DNA of 64,000 nt, taken from Candidatus Methylomirabilia bacterium (GTDB taxonomy: Bacteria; Methylomirabilota; Methylomirabilia; Rokubacteriales; CSP1-6). A program made the position numbers and the translations under genes. Below are positions 56,358 to 64,000 of this stretch, one piece after another. Numbering within the stretch: position 1 is the stretch's first letter; each line of letters opens with the position of its first letter. Location: NCBI GenBank assembly GCA_046758965.1, contig JBHIBG010000002.1, positions 32,001 to 96,000 on the forward strand, read 5' to 3'. The notes below the pieces were generated by a model. The model was not told where the DNA came from and made no database searches. It saw only the letters and a program-made list of their open reading frames with translations.

Positions 56358-56600
56358 ATGCGTGTGTCCCGTGACGATCTCAAACGTTTCCTCGACGGGC
56401 ATCGTGCCGCGGGCGCCCGTCTTCGCAAAGAGACGCTACGGCGTCTCCCGTCCTTGAGTGTCGACGACGCCCGGGCGGAATACGATTCGCTCTGTCTGGT
56501 GTGGGAGAGGTCCCGGGCTCTCGGCGATGGGAGCGCGCTCGACCGGCGAGCGATTCAGGAGCGCGTCGCCCTTCGGCGCCGCCTTGGCGGCCGGCGGTGA
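56358..56600 (+). CDS. Small basic helical protein, putative partner/antitoxin of the downstream nucleotidyltransferase
   Basis: 80-aa ORF coupled by GTGA to the NTase gene; TAGAAT shortly upstream. Confidence 0.6.
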   Translation: MRVSRDDLKRFLDGHRAAGARLRKETLRRLPSLSVDDARAEYDSLCLVWERSRALGDGSALDRRAIQERVALRRRLGGRR

Positions 56601-57175
56601 ACCGGCAGTTCGAAACCGCCTGGCAACTTCACGCCTTCTTGAGCACGCGCGGAATTCCTTATGCGATCATCGGTGGCATCGCCGTCCAGCGCTGGGGCCG
56701 GCCGCGTCTGACGCGCGACGTCGATCTCACCGTCCTGCTGCCACCCGGGGGCGAGGAAGCGACGCTGCGGGAGATCGTTGCGGCGTTCCCGGCGCGCATC
56801 GAGGACGCGGTGGCATTCGCCCTGGAGCATCGCGTGCTGCCCGTCGACGTGCCGGGGGGCAGCGAGGCCGACCTCAGCCTGGGACTCCCGGGCTACGAGG
56901 AGCACCTCATCGCCCGTACCGTCGCGTACGACCTAGGCGATGGCCGTGAGGTGCGACTCTGCTCCGCCGAGGACCTGATCATCCACAAGGCGCTGGCGGG
57001 GCGGCCCCAGGACGTGCTCGACATCGAGGGAGTCGTGGCGCGGCACGGGGCCGCTCTCGACATCGTCTACGTGCATCAGTGGCTCGAGGAGCTGGCTCGG
57101 CTCGCCGACGACCCGGAAGTAGTCGCCCGCTTCGAGCGCATCTGGGCTGAGCGTGCCGACAGAGGGCACACATGA
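56597..57175 (+). CDS. Pol-beta superfamily nucleotidyltransferase (DUF6036/AbiEii-like)
   Basis: IIGGIAV...PRLTRDVD; EDLIIHK...RPQD..D. Confidence 0.8.
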   Translation: MNRQFETAWQLHAFLSTRGIPYAIIGGIAVQRWGRPRLTRDVDLTVLLPPGGEEATLREIVAAFPARIEDAVAFALEHRVLPVDVPGGSEADLSLGLPGYEEHLIARTVAYDLGDGREVRLCSAEDLIIHKALAGRPQDVLDIEGVVARHGAALDIVYVHQWLEELARLADDPEVVARFERIWAERADRGHT

Positions 57176-57240
57176 ACTGTCCCCGGTGCCAGCAGGAGAA
57201 CCGACCGCAGGCGAAGTTCTGTCTGGAGTGCGCAGCCCCC
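57172..57240 (+). pseudogene. Remnant of the N-terminal zinc ribbon of another cyclase-AAA-TPR gene
   Basis: MNCPRCQQENRPQAKFCLECAAP matches the paralog starts (MKCPRCEAQNP..AVFCEECG), then similarity is lost; ATGA coupling. Confidence 0.75.
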
Positions 57241-57289
57241 TCAGTCAGGCGTGCCAGCAAGGATATTCGTCATGAGAATCCGCCTTTGC

Positions 57290-57853
57290 TCAACCACTTG
57301 CTGTACGCCCGGGCAGGGATTCCTTGCGGTTGCTTTCCTCTTGATCCTCGCCGTTCCTCAGATTCACTAAGGCCCAAGACCGCCCGAGGGTAACTGCGAT
57401 TCCCAGCGCCTCGGCAATATCCTCGGGGGTTCCTACAAATTCCAGTCCCACCCTGTACTCCTCGTCAACACGCAGGGCTCGGCGAACCACTCCTTGCAGG
57501 GTGGCGATCATGCTCCTCTCGGGAAGCTTGAAGGAAAGCTCTACGACGTCGCCCGCCGAGAGCTGCATCGCTGTGACGAGGCGACACCCTCCGACGCTCA
57601 AGTCCACGATCTGCCCAGCGGCTCCTTTTTTCGGACCCATTCGAGCAATCTGCGCGGGGATGTCGGTCTCCCAGCGCGGATGCCGTCGCAGGGAGAAGCC
57701 TTCCAAATCAAGCACCGCTTCTAGGGCCCTCACATACCCCTTTTGCCATGCCAGGGTGGTGGGCCCGGGCTCACCCTGCCGATCCAAGTTCTCCAAGACC
57801 GCCCGGGCGTGAACGAGCTTGGCCCGCACGGCCTGTCGCAAGGCAGTCAGCAT
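57290..57853 (-). CDS. PilZ-domain (c-di-GMP receptor) protein
   Basis: RRHPR and DLSVGG motifs (RxxxR, DxSxxG), GLEF. Confidence 0.85.
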   Translation of the reverse strand: MLTALRQAVRAKLVHARAVLENLDRQGEPGPTTLAWQKGYVRALEAVLDLEGFSLRRHPRWETDIPAQIARMGPKKGAAGQIVDLSVGGCRLVTAMQLSAGDVVELSFKLPERSMIATLQGVVRRALRVDEEYRVGLEFVGTPEDIAEALGIAVTLGRSWALVNLRNGEDQEESNRKESLPGRTASG

Positions 57854-57910
57854 GTTACCCTCATCTTACGGATTCCCTTGACCGCGCAACCTTGTTGAGC
57901 CGGATCACCG

Positions 57911-57948
57911 AACCCACCTCCGTGGCGGGAAGCCAGCAGAGGTGGGTT
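57911..57948 (-). terminator. Hairpin downstream of the OmpA/MotB gene
   Basis: AACCCACCTC / GAGGTGGGTT 10-bp perfect stem plus inner TGGC/GCCA. Confidence 0.45.
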
Positions 57949-57968
57949 GAGGATCGTGCGCGGCCGGG

Positions 57969-59123
57969 TCACTCCGTGACCGAAGCCGAGGGGAGCGGCG
58001 CCAGGATTATCTCGATCCGGCGGTTCTGGGCCCTTCCCTCAGAGGTGGTGTTGGGGGCCACGGGCCGATACTCGGCAAATCCGGCGGCGGCCAGCCTCTC
58101 AGCCGGGATTTTCACCTTGTCCCGGAAGTAGCGGGCGACCATGGTGGCCCGGGCAGTTGAGAGCTCCCAGTTCGTGGGGTACTTGACGGCAAGACGTGAG
58201 CTGATCGGAACGTTGTCCGTATGGCCCTCGACCCGGATCTCCTTGTCCTTGACGTTCTTCAGGATCTCTCCCACCCGCGTCAGGATCGCGCGGCCTCGGG
58301 GTCTGATCTCCGCTCTCCCGGAGTCAAAGAGGATCTTCTCCACCAAGTTCACAGTGAGGAGGTTTTTGTACTGCGTGACCTTGATCTCCCCGGCCTTGAT
58401 CTCTCTCTGAAGATCGCTGACCAGCTCATGGTAGGTGGCCCTGAGGTTGGCGATCTCCCGCGCCTTTTCCTCGGTCTCCCTGCGCAGCCTCTCGGCCTCC
58501 TGCAGCGCGGCCTGGTGCTTCTGGTTGAGGTCCGTCACCTCGCCGTCGAGCGACGCGGCCCAGGCGGCGGCGGCCTGGTGCTGCCGGGTGAGGTCTTCCA
58601 GCTGACGCTTGAGCGACGCGGCTCGGGCCTGCCCCTGGTCCCGCCCGGCGGCGGCGGCCTGGTATTTTTGGCTGAGGTCTCTCACCTGACTGTCGAGCGC
58701 TCCGGCCCGGGCGGCGGCGGCCTGGTGCTTCTGGCTGAGGTCTCTCACCTGACCGTCGAGCGCTGCGGCCCGGGCGGCGGCGGCCTGGTGCTTCTGGCTG
58801 AGGTCTCTCACCTGACCGTCGAGCGCTGCGGCCCGGGCGGCGGCGGCCTGGTGCTGCCGGGTCAGCTCGTTCACCCGATCTTCAAGGGACGCGGCTTGGG
58901 CCTCTAGCTCGTCCCGCTTGGCGCTGAGGATCCGTTCCTCCTGCTCCAGATCCTGTACGCGCCGTGTCAACTCCCTGTTGCGGGCCTCCGCCCGCTTGCG
59001 GGCCTCCATCAGGGCCTCTGCCTCCTGCTCTTTGGCAAGGTATGTCGATTTGCTCACACACCCGGCCAGCACCAGGGAAGCACAGAGCATCGCGCCGAGA
59101 ACAGTCCGCAGATGATGCGTCAT
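57969..59123 (-). CDS. OmpA/MotB-like peptidoglycan-binding lipoprotein with long coiled coil
   Basis: AAGGAGG RBS, lipobox LAGC, LFDSG, EGHTDN, NWELSTARA, NRRIEI. Confidence 0.9.
   Translation of the reverse strand: MTHHLRTVLGAMLCASLVLAGCVSKSTYLAKEQEAEALMEARKRAEARNRELTRRVQDLEQEERILSAKRDELEAQAASLEDRVNELTRQHQAAAARAAALDGQVRDLSQKHQAAAARAAALDGQVRDLSQKHQAAAARAGALDSQVRDLSQKYQAAAAGRDQGQARAASLKRQLEDLTRQHQAAAAWAASLDGEVTDLNQKHQAALQEAERLRRETEEKAREIANLRATYHELVSDLQREIKAGEIKVTQYKNLLTVNLVEKILFDSGRAEIRPRGRAILTRVGEILKNVKDKEIRVEGHTDNVPISSRLAVKYPTNWELSTARATMVARYFRDKVKIPAERLAAAGFAEYRPVAPNTTSEGRAQNRRIEIILAPLPSASVTE
58510..58860 (-). repeat. In-frame 63-bp (21-aa) tandem repeat: three near-identical units plus degenerate copies
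   Basis: Units begin at 58671, 58734 and 58797; peptide HQAAAARAAALDGQVRDLSQK. Confidence 0.92.
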
Positions 59124-59741
59124 CGTTTTCCTCCTTCCTGAAGTTGCGCGGCGTTCCTCGCCGCAGCATCCTACGTCGTCCGCTCCGCTCCACAACGGAG
59201 CAGCTGCCTGCAAGCTACCGCTCAGGGGCATTGCGACCCCCCCAAGGCCAGACGATTTCGCGCAGTTAGATTGGGCACCGTGGCGTTACGTGCTGACCCG
59301 GTTTCACCCGGCTGGACCCCGCATCGCGACTGACATGAGGGCATGCCTTCCCTACGTCTTCTCGACTTCCCCTCGCGACGGAGAGGCAAGAATCCTGCCG
59401 ACAGTGCGGGGCGCGAGCTGCCGACTCACTGCCTCGTATTGCCTCGCCGGTGTTGCACTTTGTCTCGCGCTCCGCTCCGCTCCAGAAGAGCACCCATCCC
59501 TCCCGGCCCCCCTTTCCAGTCAAATTGTCCAAACGGATGCCACCTTGTCAGGCGGTGCTGAGGCCTCCGAGAACCTGCGGCCCGGCTCGATGGCTGACCG
59601 GAGACGCGGGGCAGAGTCCAGAGACCTGATCGAGAGCGAATCCCGCTCTTCGGAAGGCCGGACAGTCGAGTTGAGGAGAAGGGATGGTTATGCGGCTTGA
59701 GGCGGCGGAGGCTCAGCCGAAGATATTGCGCTGGCGTCGCG

Positions 59742-60437
59742 TCAATACGTCCCGGGGCGGATCTCGCGATAGAGCCCCTTGAGCTTTTCGACGCTGAAGT
59801 CCTCCGCTTGGCAGGCCTGGATGATCCGGCGCTCCCCGGCCTCCACCTTGGCGACGGCGTCCGGGATCTTGGCGGTGATCTCGGGGGGGATCGACACCAC
59901 GCCGTGCTGGTCAAAGTGAAGAAGGTCGCCGGGCCTGACCCAGAGCCCGCCCACCTTCACGGGAAGCCCGAAGTCCACCATGTGGACCCAGGCATGAGAG
60001 ACCGAGACATGGGCGGCCGCAAACTGGAAACCCAGGGTTCGCACCTCGTCGAGGTCGCGCACCGAGCCGTCGGTGATCACGCCCACGCATCCCAACGCCT
60101 TGTGGATGCTGGCCTGCACCTCTCCCCACTGGGCCCCCTGGCCGCGGGGGTCGTCCAGGTCATGGACCACCACCACCCGCGGCGCCGGGATGGACAGGAT
60201 GTACTCCCACCACGCGAACGTGCTTGCGCGATGCCCCTCCTGCGGAGCGGACTCAGCCCGGATCAGCGCGGTGACCGCGTGGCCCACGAGCGGACCGACC
60301 TCCGGGAACAACGCGCGGATCTCGGAGGACATGAATCCCTCGCTCCGCGGCCGAAGCTGGAAGGTCTCGATGGCGTTCGCCACGCTGGGGCTGGTGACCT
60401 TCCTCAAGGCGTTGAGGTTGTGTTCGGTCAGGGGCAT
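59742..60437 (-). CDS. RraA family / HMG aldolase-like protein
   Basis: VANAIE, WGEV, TDGSVRDLDE, PGDLLHFDQHGV. Confidence 0.88.
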   Translation of the reverse strand: MPLTEHNLNALRKVTSPSVANAIETFQLRPRSEGFMSSEIRALFPEVGPLVGHAVTALIRAESAPQEGHRASTFAWWEYILSIPAPRVVVVHDLDDPRGQGAQWGEVQASIHKALGCVGVITDGSVRDLDEVRTLGFQFAAAHVSVSHAWVHMVDFGLPVKVGGLWVRPGDLLHFDQHGVVSIPPEITAKIPDAVAKVEAGERRIIQACQAEDFSVEKLKGLYREIRPGTY

Positions 60438-60511
60438 GGTCATCACTCCTGTCGCGCCTGCTTGAGGGCGTGAAGGGTTGGGTCCATGATGCTCGATCCG
60501 TTCGACAGGGC

Positions 60512-61159
60512 TCAGATGATTTCCCGAGGCCGCTGGATCATGAGGCGCTCGAGCCGCTCCACCAGAGCCTCCACCTGGGGCATGTTAGGGTTCACGGCCA
60601 GCGCCTGCTGAAAGTGGTCGAGGGCCTGTTCCAGCCGACCGAGGCGGAGGTAGTTCAGGCCGAACCCCGAGAGGGCCCCGAAATGGAGCGGGTTCCGCCT
60701 GATCACCTCCTCGCAGTCCGACAGCGACTTCTCGTACTCGCCGGCCAGGTAGAAGACGGTGGCGCGCTTGTTCCACCCCTCGGCGAAGTCGGGCTTCCTC
60801 TCGATGATCAGCGCGTACGTCTCGATGGCCATCTCGAGGTGGCGCTCATTCATCTGCTTGAGGCCAAGCTGGAAGAGGGCATCCACCTCTGGATCACCTG
60901 AACGGCTCCAGATCTGCCAGAGCGACTGCTCGGCCAGGCCACGGACAACCGAATCGGCATCTCGCAGGGCCTCCACGAGGAGCGGGACGTCCGCCATCCC
61001 GCCGGTTTCCCCTAGCCAGCTGGCCCCCTGTCGGCGCACCTGCACATCGTTCTGGTTCTTGAGCCAGGCGATGGCGTGTTCTCGGGTGAGGGGCGCTTGA
61101 GCCTCTCCAGTTCCAGCCAGGAGCAGCAGGAGCCCTGCGGCGAAGACCTCCCGCCTCAC
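60512..61159 (-). CDS. Exported HEAT + TPR repeat protein
   Basis: Signal peptide, HEAT-like ALRDAD, PDFAEGWNKRAT, HFGALSG.G. Confidence 0.85.
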   Translation of the reverse strand: MRREVFAAGLLLLLAGTGEAQAPLTREHAIAWLKNQNDVQVRRQGASWLGETGGMADVPLLVEALRDADSVVRGLAEQSLWQIWSRSGDPEVDALFQLGLKQMNERHLEMAIETYALIIERKPDFAEGWNKRATVFYLAGEYEKSLSDCEEVIRRNPLHFGALSGFGLNYLRLGRLEQALDHFQQALAVNPNMPQVEALVERLERLMIQRPREII

Positions 61160-62139
61160 GGCTTGAAGGCCTCGAGCACGTCGGTGCGGCCGGGGCCGGG
61201 GTTGTCAGCCCCGCCTGGCACGTAGATCCACCCCCCCACGGCCACGGCGCCGATACCGTGGCGCGGTGTGGGCATGGGAGCCTTGGAGGCCCAGCGGTTC
61301 GTGGCGGGGTCGTACATCTCCGTGGCGCTGACGATCCGGAAGGGCAACTCGCCCCCGAAGACAAAGATCCGGCCGGCGAGCGCTACCGCGGCGAGGCCGC
61401 CCCGGGCAAGGGGGAGCGGCGGGCCTGTCCGCCAGCTGTCCGTGGCCGGGTCGTAGATCCCCACATGGTCGTACCTGTCCCCGAAGAAAGACTCCCGACC
61501 CCCGAGGGCGTACACCTTCCCGTCCAGCCCCACGGCTGCCAGGTGGTGGCGGGCCATTGGCATGGAATTGGCCTGGGTCCAGCGGTCAGCCGCGGGGTCG
61601 TAGACCTCGTGCGCATTGAGGGGCTTCGGCCCCCCGCCTCCGAGCACGTGAATCTTGCCGTTCACAACGGCGGCGGCCAGGGCCCCGCGCGCAGTCGGCA
61701 TCGACACCCGCTGCCGCCAGACATTGGTGGCGGGATCATACTCGAAGAGCGTGTCCAGCGGATTCCAGCGGATCCGTCCGGTGAACCCGCCGATCACATA
61801 GATCTTCCCGTTGAGCCCCACGGCAGCGGCGTGGTGCACCGGGATGGGGAGGGGAGCCTTCTCCTCCCAGCTGTTCTTCTTCGGGTCGTAGACCTCCAGA
61901 GTCGCCGTGGGCCTGAATCTCTTGCCGAAGCCGCCGACCACATACACGCGACCCCCGGCCTCAGCAGCGGCAACTTCCTGGCGGGCCGAAGGCATCGAAG
62001 CGAGGGCCATCCAGCTGCCCAGCGCTCCCTCGGGAGTCCCCGCCAGCGTCATCAGGCCGATGCAGCCGCCTAGTCCGGCGACGAGGGCGCCCCCCCAGGC
62101 CACGACCCTCAGCAGCACTCCGCACCTGGCACGCCTCAT
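61156..62139 (-). CDS. Kelch-repeat beta-propeller protein
   Basis: Six repeats of YVxGG...YDP..xW. Confidence 0.92.
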   Translation of the reverse strand: MRRARCGVLLRVVAWGGALVAGLGGCIGLMTLAGTPEGALGSWMALASMPSARQEVAAAEAGGRVYVVGGFGKRFRPTATLEVYDPKKNSWEEKAPLPIPVHHAAAVGLNGKIYVIGGFTGRIRWNPLDTLFEYDPATNVWRQRVSMPTARGALAAAVVNGKIHVLGGGGPKPLNAHEVYDPAADRWTQANSMPMARHHLAAVGLDGKVYALGGRESFFGDRYDHVGIYDPATDSWRTGPPLPLARGGLAAVALAGRIFVFGGELPFRIVSATEMYDPATNRWASKAPMPTPRHGIGAVAVGGWIYVPGGADNPGPGRTDVLEAFKP

Positions 62140-62161
62140 CTGTTGGTCTCGCGAAGGCCGC

Positions 62162-64000
<1,839 letters not shown>

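Noticed and set aside
57172..57393. Intact 73-aa protein
   Set aside because: Only the first 23 aa resemble a zinc ribbon; the rest overlaps the PilZ gene antisense
58510..58860. CRISPR array
   Set aside because: Contiguous 63-bp in-frame coding repeats with no unique spacers and no cas genes
57969..59123. Flagellar stator motB
   Set aside because: It has a lipobox rather than the Asp-containing TM helix, and there is no motA or flagellar gene nearby

Overview
High-GC bacterial chromosomal segment with about 60 densely packed genes. Gene content suggests Candidatus Rokubacteria/Methylomirabilota, but this is inference only. In order: end of a system I cytochrome c maturation operon (ccmF/G/H/I); a DtxR-family regulator divergent from a ferric-iron ABC operon; pntAA-AB-B; an adenylate/guanylate cyclase-AAA-TPR gene with a DUF4242 partner; a GrdB/PrdB-like gene split by an in-frame UGA followed by a SECIS-like hairpin (selenoprotein); catabolic and glycosyltransferase genes; a PhnA-like hydrolase with a peptide-type ABC transporter; and a ferredoxin. 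The most notable locus is a tightly coupled operon of about 10.4 kb (31773-42129) behind a near-perfect sigma-54 promoter with tandem enhancer sites. It encodes a stand-alone Fis HTH, a GriI/GriH-type 3-amino-4-hydroxybenzoate synthase pair, two PaaK-type adenylating ligases, an amidohydrolase and a TPR/LolCDE-like/LolA-like/beta-barrel envelope module, i.e. a probable closoxazole-type benzoxazole biosynthesis and export system. After it come a Cys-less thiolase/DUF35/CoA-transferase set, leuCD-cimA, nfi, a second cyclase flanked by cyclase remnants and a nucleotidyltransferase two-gene module, a PilZ protein, an OmpA/MotB lipoprotein with 63-bp tandem repeats, and rraA-like/TPR/kelch genes with a partial ligA. 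No tRNA, rRNA, CRISPR array or transposase was recognised. All family calls come from motif recognition by eye, not database searches.
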